Source: a virus (taxonomy: Duplodnaviria > Caudoviricetes). From it: DNA of 50,397 nt. Below are positions 9,142 through 16,664 of this stretch, piece after piece. A program made the translations under genes and the position numbers. Each line of letters begins with the position of its first letter. The stretch's first letter is position 1. The notes beneath the pieces were generated by a model. That model saw only the letters and a program-made list of their open reading frames with translations. It searched no databases and was not told the DNA's origin. The DNA lies in IMG/VR virus record IMGVR_UViG_3300020374_000953, positions 1-50,397 of that record. One strand, 5' to 3'.

Positions 9142-10245
9142 ATGGCAAAGACAGTATTCAATAAAGAAAAGATAGACTTTACAAAGCAGACAATGTTTTT
9201 TGGTCCAGACCAAAACACACAAAGATATGATGTATTTAAGTTTCCAGAGTTTGATAAACTTAACCAAACTATGTTAGGTTATTTTTGGAGACCTGAAGAA
9301 GTTAGTTTACAAAAAGATAGAGCAGACTTTGCCAATTTTAGACCGGAACAACGTCATATATTTACTGCTAATCTAAAGTATCAAACACTTTTGGATAGTG
9401 TACAAGGCAGAGGACCTAGCTTGGCTTTCTTACCATATGTTTCTTTACCAGAGCTAGAAGGTTGTATTGTTACTTGGGACTTTTTTGAAACGATCCATTC
9501 ACGTTCTTATACACACATTATTAAAAATGTGTATCCAGATCCAAGTGAAGTATTTGATACTATTTTGGACGACAAAGAGATTTTAAAACGTGCTCAATCA
9601 GTAACCAAAAACTATGATAACTTTACTTTGGCGGCTGATGATTGGTTCCAACGTAAGCAAGGCACCCTTTACGATGTCAAAAAGAAGCTCTACTTGGCCA
9701 TGATGAATGTAAATATACTAGAAGGTTTACGTTTTTATGTTTCTTTTGCTTGTACATTTTCTTTTGCAGAATCAAAGAATATGGAAGGTTCAGCAAAGAT
9801 TGTGTCATTGGTAGCACGAGATGAAGCAACACACTTAAATCTTTCTACACATGTTTTGAAGAATTGGATTAAAGGAAATGATGATCCAGACTTCAAAAAG
9901 ATCGCTAGTGAATGTGAAGATGAAGTTTATGAAATGTGGCGTACTTGTGTTGATGAAGAAAAGGCTTGGGCAAATTATTTGTTCAAGGATGGAGCAATTA
10001 TAGGATTAAATGAAGAGCTTTTACATCAATATGTTGAGTTTATTGCAAATAGAAGATTAAAAGCATTAGGATATAAAATGATTTATGATCGCCCATTAAA
10101 CAATAATCCGCTTCCGTGGACACAACATTGGCTTTCAAGTGCAGGTTTACAGGTTGCACCACAAGAAACAGAAGTTGAAAGTTACATAATCGGAGGCATT
10201 AAACAAGATGTAGACGAAGATGTACTGAAAGGTTTTAGTTTATGA
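9142..10245 (+). CDS. nrdB: Ribonucleoside-diphosphate reductase class Ia beta subunit
   Basis: FWRPEEV, ETIHSRSYTH, LEGLRFYVSF, RDEATH, APQETEVESY. Confidence 0.97.
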   Translation: MAKTVFNKEKIDFTKQTMFFGPDQNTQRYDVFKFPEFDKLNQTMLGYFWRPEEVSLQKDRADFANFRPEQRHIFTANLKYQTLLDSVQGRGPSLAFLPYVSLPELEGCIVTWDFFETIHSRSYTHIIKNVYPDPSEVFDTILDDKEILKRAQSVTKNYDNFTLAADDWFQRKQGTLYDVKKKLYLAMMNVNILEGLRFYVSFACTFSFAESKNMEGSAKIVSLVARDEATHLNLSTHVLKNWIKGNDDPDFKKIASECEDEVYEMWRTCVDEEKAWANYLFKDGAIIGLNEELLHQYVEFIANRRLKALGYKMIYDRPLNNNPLPWTQHWLSSAGLQVAPQETEVESYIIGGIKQDVDEDVLKGFSL

Positions 10246-10517
10246 AGGATGTAATAATCTATAGCAAGACCCATTGTCCAAGTTGTTTAAAAGCAAAAGC
10301 AACTTTTGATAAGATGAATGTTCCATATACAGTGAAGACACTAGGAGTAGACATGCAACCCAGTGAACTAATGAAAATCTTTGAAGAAAAGAAACTTCCA
10401 CAGCCAAGAACAGCCCCACAGATTTTTATAGGTGATACTTATATAGGAGGCTATGAAGCTCTTTTGTCTTATATTGAAAACACAGGATTTAATGGAACTG
10501 GATACTCAACAGGATAA
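10242..10517 (+). CDS. Glutaredoxin
   Basis: CPSC active site, RTAPQIF, IGGY; follows nrdB. Confidence 0.9.
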   Translation: MKDVIIYSKTHCPSCLKAKATFDKMNVPYTVKTLGVDMQPSELMKIFEEKKLPQPRTAPQIFIGDTYIGGYEALLSYIENTGFNGTGYSTG

Positions 10518-10520
10518 TAT

Positions 10521-10820
10521 ATGTTAATAGAAAAACCAGACTATAGTGTCAATGACACTATTACATTCAAGACTCAAGCAGGCGAAGAAGTAGTCAGCAG
10601 AGTTACAGAGATCAATAAAGATTCTATCAAAGTTAGAAAACCAATGGCTTTGACAATGACAGAAAAGGGAATAGGTATGGTGCCATTCTCTCTTACAGTC
10701 AGCCTGGATACTGAAATGGTTATTAATTTAGCCACGGTAGTTTTTATCGCCAAGACAGCCGATAGAACCGCAAAGCAGTATATAGAATCGACTACAGGGC
10801 TTAAAGTAGCTGTCAATTAA
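10521..10820 (+). CDS. Conserved phage hypothetical (Sm-like beta fold suspected)
   Basis: 99 aa, TFKTQAGEEVV...QYIESTTGL. Confidence 0.7.
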   Translation: MLIEKPDYSVNDTITFKTQAGEEVVSRVTEINKDSIKVRKPMALTMTEKGIGMVPFSLTVSLDTEMVINLATVVFIAKTADRTAKQYIESTTGLKVAVN

Positions 10821-10832
10821 GGAGAGAAAGTT

Positions 10833-11012
10833 ATGTCAGACATACATGAACAAATTAAAGCACAATACGAAGCCTATTTGAACGAAACGGCATCATTTGA
10901 TGAAAAAGGTGTCAAGGCGGCGGCGGCAAGAGCTAGAAAGGCACTTGGCGAAATGGGTAAGTTAGCTAAGGCTAGAAGAGCCGAAATACAGGAAAAAAAG
11001 AATAATATGTAG
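10833..11012 (+). CDS. Histone H1-like (Hc1-family-like) small protein
   Basis: 59 aa, below the ORF-track cutoff; AAGGAG RBS; KGVKAAAARARKALGEMGKLAKARRAEIQ. Confidence 0.7.
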   Translation: MSDIHEQIKAQYEAYLNETASFDEKGVKAAAARARKALGEMGKLAKARRAEIQEKKNNM

Positions 11013-11048
11013 TTGTTATAGGCTACCTATTAATATATAAATATACTG

Positions 11049-11075
11049 AAGGCGTGGGTTATAACTACACGCCTT
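11049..11075 (+). other. Stem-loop in the leader of the cold-shock gene (terminator or 5'UTR structure)
   Basis: AAGGCGTG...CACGCCTT inverted repeat just after TATAAATA (11036-11043). Confidence 0.5.
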
Positions 11076-11100
11076 TGGTTTAACAAGGGCATATAAAAAC

Positions 11101-11322
11101 ATGGCAAATCAAGGTAAATTAAAGTGGTACAATCATGTCAAAGGATATGGATTCATATCTCGCGATGAAGGACAAAAAGATATTTTTGTACATGTATCCG
11201 AATTCCGTAAAGCTGGTATAAAGAAAATTGTTGAAGGTATGATAGTTGAGTACCAATTATCAGATCATAACGGCAAACCAGTAGCTACCGATATCTTAAT
11301 AGTTCACACTCCAGACAAATAA
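11101..11322 (+). CDS. cspA: Cold-shock domain protein
   Basis: GKLKWYN, KGYGFI (RNP1), DIFVHVS (RNP2). Confidence 0.93.
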   Translation: MANQGKLKWYNHVKGYGFISRDEGQKDIFVHVSEFRKAGIKKIVEGMIVEYQLSDHNGKPVATDILIVHTPDK

Positions 11323-11330
11323 ATATATGT

Positions 11331-11504
11331 ATGAAGGATACAAATTTTGCACAGTTATCGTCTGAAGATAAAGTCGCTGATATAAAAAGCAGAATTATAA
11401 CTTTCAAACATAACCATCCTAAGCTGTATCCCGAAGTGGAGGAAAAGAAAGAGGAGATGCAAGATCGTGACAGCCGCCTACGTTCTCTTTTTACTCATAG
11501 TTAA
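11331..11504 (+). CDS. Small hypothetical protein (57 aa)
   Basis: ATG 5 nt after TAAATA; MKDTNFAQLSSEDKVADIK...; fills the intergenic gap. Confidence 0.5.
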   Translation: MKDTNFAQLSSEDKVADIKSRIITFKHNHPKLYPEVEEKKEEMQDRDSRLRSLFTHS

Positions 11505-11835
11505 ACACGCAGTAGCAGATCTAATATTACAAAGTAGACTCACCTCAGGTGATAAGGCTGATCTTACTTCTCTTAAAGGGTATAAACATGCACTTGATCA
11601 CTCTCTTTGCACATTATTAGTTTGCATTTTCTTTGTACCAATTCCTTTCGCATTAGGAATAGCTGTATTAGATTTTGTTTTACATTTCATAATAGACTAC
11701 ACAAAAACAAAAATAATAAGAAGATACAAAATTAAGTATGAAGGTAAGGCTTTTTGGTGTATTCAAGGCGTAGATCAAATAGCACATTATTCCTGTTATA
11801 TGTTTTACGTTCTTCTCTTGACAAATCAATTATAA
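11467..11835 (+). CDS. DUF3307-like membrane protein
   Basis: KHAVADLILQ, HFIIDYTK, GVDQIAH motifs; GAGGAG upstream. Confidence 0.75.
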   Translation: MTAAYVLFLLIVKHAVADLILQSRLTSGDKADLTSLKGYKHALDHSLCTLLVCIFFVPIPFALGIAVLDFVLHFIIDYTKTKIIRRYKIKYEGKAFWCIQGVDQIAHYSCYMFYVLLLTNQL

Positions 11836-11848
11836 GATGCTATAAATA
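11818..11848 (+). promoter_or_regulatory. Overlapping sigma70 and late-type promoter for tmRNA
   Basis: TTGACA(11818)-17 nt-TATAAA, which is also part of TATAAATA (11841-11848). Confidence 0.65.
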
Positions 11849-11853
11849 TACTT

Positions 11854-11915
11854 GCAACGTTGAAGCAATTCAAACGCTGTGCAGGACCTGGGGGCGGTAC
11901 CCAGCAGGTCCACCA
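11854..11915 (+). ncRNA. ssrA: Permuted two-piece tmRNA, acceptor piece (5' end approximate)
   Basis: T-arm CTGGG-GGCGGTA-CCCAG (alphaproteobacterial T-loop), acceptor 3' strand CAGGTCC, discriminator A, encoded CCA at 11913-11915. Confidence 0.92.
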
Positions 11916-12127
11916 TAAAGACACTGGAGTTTAGTGATGGTTGAAATAGTTTGGCATATACTTTTGACAGTATGTTTACAAGGTGACTGTATGTCACAAG
12001 AAGTAATGACATTTAGAGATCAAAAGACTTGTGAAGCTATAGTACAACGATACACAGAAATTCCAATAGATGGTCACTGGACTAGTGTTACATATATTTG
12101 TAAACCAAAAGATTCAGTGTCTTTATG
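11914..12127. repeat. 13-bp perfect inverted repeat closing the tmRNA intervening segment
   Basis: CATAAAGACACTG (11914-11926) / CAGTGTCTTTATG (12115-12127). Confidence 0.9.
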
Positions 12128-12128
12128 A
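11937..12128 (+). CDS. Small Cys-containing protein encoded inside the tmRNA intervening segment
   Basis: GGAG at 11926-11929, ATG 11937, TGA 12126-12128; 63 aa, hydrophobic N-terminus, F-x5-C and C-terminal CKP. Confidence 0.8.
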   Translation: MVEIVWHILLTVCLQGDCMSQEVMTFRDQKTCEAIVQRYTEIPIDGHWTSVTYICKPKDSVSL

Positions 12129-12129
12129 T

Positions 12130-12355
12130 GGGCCTGAAATAGGATCGACTGGCAGTCAATAGAGTTCGTGGAGTTGTCCGGATCTAAGCTCGGTTAACGC
12201 GAAGACACGTTATAGATGCAAACGATAATGTATCAAACGTATTTTCTTTTGTAAACTTCGGTTCACTTAAGAACTACGTAAATGAGGATTACGCCTTAGC
12301 GGCGTAATTGCTCGGGGTTGGCAACTTACCTAGCAACAGAAAAGTTGCACTTTTT
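12130..12355 (+). ncRNA. ssrA: Permuted two-piece tmRNA, coding piece (3' end approximate)
   Basis: GGGCCTG pairs with CAGGTCC giving G3-U70; AAATAGGATCGAC D-loop-like motif; tag frame; terminal GCAACTT/AAGTTGC hairpin followed by a T-run. Confidence 0.92.
12218..12307 (+). other. tmRNA tag reading frame ANDNVSNVFSFVNFGSLKNYVNEDYALAA*
   Basis: Resume codon GCA after TAGAT; ANDN start and ALAA end typical of ssrA tags. Confidence 0.85.
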
Positions 12356-12364
12356 GGAGAAGTC

Positions 12365-13198
12365 ATGAGGTTAGGCGTAAGAGGTAGTAAATTAGCAATA
12401 GCATACGCAAATAAAGTCGTTGATGCGTTACAGTCTCTTAATCCTGTAGACATTGTTAAAATTAAAACCACAGCTGATATCCATGAAAATAAAGCTATCC
12501 ATGAGATAGGTGGTAAAGGTGTATTTGTTTCTGAGATAGAACAAAGGCTCTTAGATAAGTCTATAGATATTGCTGTCCATTCATTTAAAGATTTACCAGC
12601 AGAGATGAATGATGATCTTGAGATAATAGCTGTGTTAGAACGTAATGATCCAAGAGATTGCTATGTTGGTAAACTGCATCCTTATGCAAGAGTAGGTACA
12701 GGATCTCCCAGAAGAATAGCTCAATTGAAAAATAATTTTAATGTAGAATTTGATATTAGACCTATAAGAGGTAATATTGATACAAGACTTAAAAAATTAG
12801 ATAATAATGAATATGATGCAATAATTTTAGCAGTAGCAGGACTAGAAGCACTACGTCTACAGAAAAGAATACAAAAAATACTGCCTTTTGATAAGATGTT
12901 GCCATGTGTAGGACAAGGAGTGATTGCTATCCAGGCACGTAAAGATATGCCAGATAAGGATTTCTTTATTCAAAAACTTAATCATTTACCTACTTATTAT
13001 AGTGTAATGAGTGAAAGAGCAATGCTACAGGAAATTGACGGAGACTGCCATACGGCAGTAGGTGCCGTTTCAACTCTTGTTGGCGACTGTTTAATCTTAG
13101 AAGCGATAAATTATAATAACAATAAACATTGGAAAGCAATGAGTAAAAGAAACGAATATATTTGGTTAGGAAGAGAAGTAGGTAAAAATATTAAATGA
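12365..13198 (+). CDS. hemC: Porphobilinogen deaminase (hydroxymethylbilane synthase)
   Basis: GVRGSKLA, GGKGVF, AVHSFKDLP, GTGSPRR, IRGNIDTRL, GQG, cofactor Cys in DGDCH; GGAG before ATG 12365. Confidence 0.93.
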   Translation: MRLGVRGSKLAIAYANKVVDALQSLNPVDIVKIKTTADIHENKAIHEIGGKGVFVSEIEQRLLDKSIDIAVHSFKDLPAEMNDDLEIIAVLERNDPRDCYVGKLHPYARVGTGSPRRIAQLKNNFNVEFDIRPIRGNIDTRLKKLDNNEYDAIILAVAGLEALRLQKRIQKILPFDKMLPCVGQGVIAIQARKDMPDKDFFIQKLNHLPTYYSVMSERAMLQEIDGDCHTAVGAVSTLVGDCLILEAINYNNNKHWKAMSKRNEYIWLGREVGKNIK

Positions 13199-14172
13199 AC
13201 GAAAAGTTCCAAAATGCATGTAAACGTATTGAACAAAAAACTCCACCTATATGGTTCATGCGTCAAGCAGGACGATATCATTCACACTATAGAAAACTTA
13301 AGGAAAAATGGACATTTGAACAACTCTGTAAGTTACCTAATTTGGCGGCTGAGGTTGCCTTAGGCCCTATCAAAGAATTTGATTACGATGTTGCTATTTT
13401 GTTTTCCGATATACTTTGGCCTTTAGAAGGACTAGGAATTCCATTAAAATTTGATCCAGGTCCTAAATTTGAATTTAATCTTACAGAACAAAATGCAGAT
13501 GAATTAGCAGATACTAATAAGGCACTTGCATTTTTACATTTTCAAAAAGAAGCAGTTGAAATGACAAGGACAAGGTTGTCTAAAGATAAAAGTTTAATAG
13601 GATTTGTAGGCGGACCTTGGACACTTATGAATTATGCAGTTGGACAATCAAGGGTAACAAATAAATTTAAACTTGACTACATGGAAAAAATCTTAATACC
13701 TTTATTGGTTGATAATATAAAATTACAAATCGATGCTGGTGCAGAAAAAGTTATGATATTTGATAGTGGATTGCACAACATGTCGCAAAGTTTTTTCAAA
13801 GAAAAATATGCTCCATTATTACTGCCTTTCGGAGATCCAAACATTGGTTATTACAGTAGGAACTTGCCAGGAATTAATTGTTTGGATGAGATATGCGAAA
13901 TAATAGTAGGCGGTGTTGGTTTAGATCACAATGTTGATATAAACGATGTATTGACTAGAAGATTTCTATCAGGATTTGTGCAGGGTAATTTTGATGAAAA
14001 CAAAATGCTTTTACCTGAGCAGGAGTTGAGAAAGGAAGTACATAAATTTTGTGATAAGTTAGAGAACGTAGATAGAACTGGTTGGGTTTGTGGTTTGGGT
14101 CATGGTATTAACAAACACACCCCAGAAGAAAATGTTCACTTATTCATTAATATTATACGAAGTAGATTTTAA
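13195..14172 (+). CDS. hemE: Uroporphyrinogen decarboxylase
   Basis: PIWFMRQAGRY, AILFSDIL, LIGFVGGPWTL, VQGNFD, GLGHGI. Confidence 0.95.
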   Translation: MNEKFQNACKRIEQKTPPIWFMRQAGRYHSHYRKLKEKWTFEQLCKLPNLAAEVALGPIKEFDYDVAILFSDILWPLEGLGIPLKFDPGPKFEFNLTEQNADELADTNKALAFLHFQKEAVEMTRTRLSKDKSLIGFVGGPWTLMNYAVGQSRVTNKFKLDYMEKILIPLLVDNIKLQIDAGAEKVMIFDSGLHNMSQSFFKEKYAPLLLPFGDPNIGYYSRNLPGINCLDEICEIIVGGVGLDHNVDINDVLTRRFLSGFVQGNFDENKMLLPEQELRKEVHKFCDKLENVDRTGWVCGLGHGINKHTPEENVHLFINIIRSRF

Positions 14173-14297
14173 CGTTTTCTGTTTCTTCCCATGTAGTGAT
14201 CGGCTGGTTCGTAGTTCCATCTTTTTCCATGATGGCCTCTTATGTCAGCGTACCACATTCTGAGACGCACAATAAACTTTCGTAAATTTAAGCTCAC
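14169..14297 (-). CDS. Small basic hypothetical protein (42 aa)
   Basis: GTG start after AAGGAG; MSLNLRKFIVRLRMWYADIRGHHGKRWNYEPADHYMGRNRKR*. Confidence 0.6.
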   Translation of the reverse strand: MSLNLRKFIVRLRMWYADIRGHHGKRWNYEPADHYMGRNRKR

Positions 14298-14494
14298 TAG
14301 ATACTCCTTAAAGGTTTTGGAATACCATTTGCTCCTAATATCATTTCACCTGTGTCGGCATAAGCACCGCACATTCGTCCGTTGGACCCGGGACCATAGT
14401 ATCTTACTGGCTTGACTTCAACAACTTCACCGTCTCTCATCACAGTTCTTTTGTGATGTATAGTTATAACGCCTCGTTGTTTTATCCCTGCCAT
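14297..14494 (-). CDS. Hypothetical protein
   Basis: 65 aa, in a small minus-strand operon. Confidence 0.7.
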   Translation of the reverse strand: MAGIKQRGVITIHHKRTVMRDGEVVEVKPVRYYGPGSNGRMCGAYADTGEMILGANGIPKPLRSI

Positions 14495-14495
14495 C

Positions 14496-14699
14496 TTATC
14501 TTCCTATTTTCTTAGAGCGACCAATTGGTAATCTAATCTTCTTTGTCATTTCTTTTCCTTTTTTGCCTATCCAACTTACTATAGTTTCAGTGGCTTTGGC
14601 TGATCCTTGAAAAGACTTAACAGCTTTTTTCCAACCCATTGCAGTCACTTCTTTTATTTCCTCGCCGTCTTTAAACTTAAATGTTCTATTTTTGGGCAT
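14496..14699 (-). CDS. Small Lys-rich hypothetical protein
   Basis: 67 aa; AAGGA RBS and minus-strand TAAATA (14717-14722) upstream. Confidence 0.7.
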   Translation of the reverse strand: MPKNRTFKFKDGEEIKEVTAMGWKKAVKSFQGSAKATETIVSWIGKKGKEMTKKIRLPIGRSKKIGR

Positions 14700-14789
14700 T
14701 GATGTTCCTTTGTGGTTATTTAGTAAAAATTAATAAATATGTATGTATATTACAAAAAGGTGGCTTTAGGTTCCGGATCGGAGAAGAAA

Positions 14790-15221
14790 ATGTATGAATA
14801 TAAATGTAAAATATTAAGAATAGTCGACGGTGATACTGTCGATGTTGATATCGATTTAGGTTTTGGCATGTGGATGCACAAAGAAAGAGTTCGTATAATG
14901 GGTATTGATACTCCGGAGTCTAGGACTAGAGATAAGATTGAAAAGAAGTTTGGATTAGCCAGTAAAGCCAGACTGAAGGAACTTATGCCAACTGGTTCCA
15001 AACAAATACTACATACTCAGATAGACAAATCAGGAGAAGATAAAAAAGGAAAGTTTGGTCGCATACTTGGCGACTTTTTGATTGATGAATTATTTGTTAC
15101 CAACATAATGATTAACGAAGGGTATGCAGTAAAATACAATGGCCAGAATAAAGAAGAAGTAGAACAAGCTCACTTAAATAATAGAGAACGTCTTATTAAA
15201 GAAGGTAAAGTTGTAATATGA
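14790..15221 (+). CDS. Thermonuclease (SNase-like) family nuclease
   Basis: RIVDGDTVDV, RIMGIDTPE, GKFGRILG; GGAG RBS. Confidence 0.9.
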   Translation: MYEYKCKILRIVDGDTVDVDIDLGFGMWMHKERVRIMGIDTPESRTRDKIEKKFGLASKARLKELMPTGSKQILHTQIDKSGEDKKGKFGRILGDFLIDELFVTNIMINEGYAVKYNGQNKEEVEQAHLNNRERLIKEGKVVI

Positions 15222-15505
15222 ACACCATTACATTTATTTTTTTAGCAACATTATTTTATGTTGCACAGCCTGAAGTCAAGGAAAATTTGTTTAGCCATGC
15301 TATAACTTTCACAAGTTATGAACAATGCGAAACATTTTTTGATGACTACGGCGATAAACTATTAAATGGCGTAATTGATCATGGCACTAAAACTTATGGA
15401 CAAGAAGTAGGAATAGATTATTTTGCCTGTGCCAAAGTGAAAATCAATATGCAAATGCCCGGACAACCAGAAGTACTTGGACAGAAGGTGATGTATCAAA
15501 GATGA
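15218..15505 (+). CDS. Small putative exported protein (F-x5-C family)
   Basis: Hydrophobic N-terminus, FTSYEQC...FACAK. Confidence 0.7.
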   Translation: MNTITFIFLATLFYVAQPEVKENLFSHAITFTSYEQCETFFDDYGDKLLNGVIDHGTKTYGQEVGIDYFACAKVKINMQMPGQPEVLGQKVMYQR

Positions 15506-15762
15506 AATGGTTTATAGTTGCCTTGATGGCTACAATTCAACCAGACATGAGTAGAGATGTGTTTGTATTTTACAAACCCACATTTGATACAGTTGAGGAA
15601 TGCGTTTCCCATGTCCAAAAATTTCCACAACCCCTAATGTGGAAATTGGCACAAGAGTTTCCAAATGACAAATTGGATAGAATATTATGTGTTCCCGAAG
15701 AAAATGTTAGGGGATTAATTCAACAAAGTACTCCAAAAGACAAAAATACCTTAGATACTTAA
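15502..15762 (+). CDS. Small putative exported protein (F-x5-C family)
   Basis: MKWFIVALM, FDTVEEC...ILCVP. Confidence 0.7.
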   Translation: MKWFIVALMATIQPDMSRDVFVFYKPTFDTVEECVSHVQKFPQPLMWKLAQEFPNDKLDRILCVPEENVRGLIQQSTPKDKNTLDT

Positions 15763-15772
15763 CCAAAACAGG

Positions 15773-15801
15773 TTGACACAATACAACTCCTATATTATAT
15801 T
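15773..15801 (+). promoter_or_regulatory. Sigma70-type promoter
   Basis: TTGACA-17 nt-TATATT. Confidence 0.75.
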
Positions 15802-15842
15802 GTAACTATTATGTTTATAAAAGATAGACTAGTAACAAGTAT

Positions 15843-15867
15843 AAGAGCTCTTTCGGGCTCTTTTTTT
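15843..15867 (+). terminator. Rho-independent terminator-like hairpin
   Basis: AGAGCTC-TTTC-GGGCTCT followed by a T-run. Confidence 0.7.
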
Positions 15868-15882
15868 AATAAAGGAGGCACG

Positions 15883-16146
15883 ATGCCAAGCAATAATAAT
15901 AAAGGCTCTACTTACTTTAGAGTAGGCACACAGAAACAACAAATCCTAGCAAAATACTGGGGTACAGGTAAGACTTTCACACTAGAAGGTTTGACTGATA
16001 AATTGGACGCAATGTCACCTGGTGCTAGAGTACATGAAATCAGAGAAGCTGGTTTTAATGTAAGATCAAAGCCAATTTACACAGGTGAAGTTGGTAGACC
16101 AGCACTTGAATATTCAATTTCAAGAAGAAGAACTTTTGCATATTAA
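15883..16146 (+). CDS. Putative winged helix-turn-helix DNA-binding protein
   Basis: AAGGAGG RBS; SPGARVHEIREAGFNV...EYSI. Confidence 0.65.
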   Translation: MPSNNNKGSTYFRVGTQKQQILAKYWGTGKTFTLEGLTDKLDAMSPGARVHEIREAGFNVRSKPIYTGEVGRPALEYSISRRRTFAY

Positions 16147-16155
16147 CCAAAAGTC

Positions 16156-16184
16156 TTGACAATCTAAACAACTCCTGTTATTAT
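16156..16184 (+). promoter_or_regulatory. Sigma70-type promoter overlapping a hairpin
   Basis: TTGACA-17 nt-TATTAT. Confidence 0.7.
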
Positions 16185-16214
16185 TAAACAATAACTAATA
16201 GCAGGAGTTTTTTT
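16170..16214 (+). terminator. Terminator-like hairpin that contains the downstream RBS
   Basis: AACTCCTGTTATT...AATAGCAGGAGTT followed by a T-run, then ATG. Confidence 0.65.
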
Positions 16215-16664
16215 ATGACTATGCACTTACAACGTGGACTTACCACGTTGAACACAAAGAAACGTAAAGCATCCAAGAGAAAGCCTGACAGCTATTACAT
16301 GGATGGTTGGCGTAAGCACAATAAGTTTTATAAACAAAAAAATCTTCAAACAATGACTCTGGACGAATATATAGATTATGTCCACGGGGTATACAAACCC
16401 AAGTCGCAACCAAGGGCAATACAAACACCTTGGCATCATACAGACTCTACGTTCAGGAGAGAATCAACTAATGTACCTAGTCATAATAGTGAACATAGTT
16501 TTGCTCCAGCAACAAAGAAAGAGTCAATGCAATACACAGGTGAGAGAAGGCTTGTTGGTATAGCAATGATGCACAAGAGTAATTTGGTTCCCGTCTTTGC
16601 TGACGATGACGACAAAACAGGTTCAAAACAAGCAACTGAAATTGCACAAATGAGGAGGAACTAA
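16215..16664 (+). CDS. Conserved phage hypothetical protein
   Basis: 149 aa, YTGERRLVGIAMMHKSNLVPVF. Confidence 0.75.
   Translation: MTMHLQRGLTTLNTKKRKASKRKPDSYYMDGWRKHNKFYKQKNLQTMTLDEYIDYVHGVYKPKSQPRAIQTPWHHTDSTFRRESTNVPSHNSEHSFAPATKKESMQYTGERRLVGIAMMHKSNLVPVFADDDDKTGSKQATEIAQMRRN

Noticed and set aside
6818-10245. Intron, intein or homing endonuclease in nrdAB
   Set aside because: Both genes have normal length and continuous motifs
11885-11915. Stand-alone tRNA fragment or attP site
   Set aside because: Fully explained as the acceptor piece of the permuted tmRNA, whose complementary 5' strand is at 12130
12289-12471. Minus-strand 60-aa ORF, and the TTG start of hemC at 12308
   Set aside because: Both overlap the tmRNA 3' hairpin; hemC homology begins at ATG 12365 with an RBS
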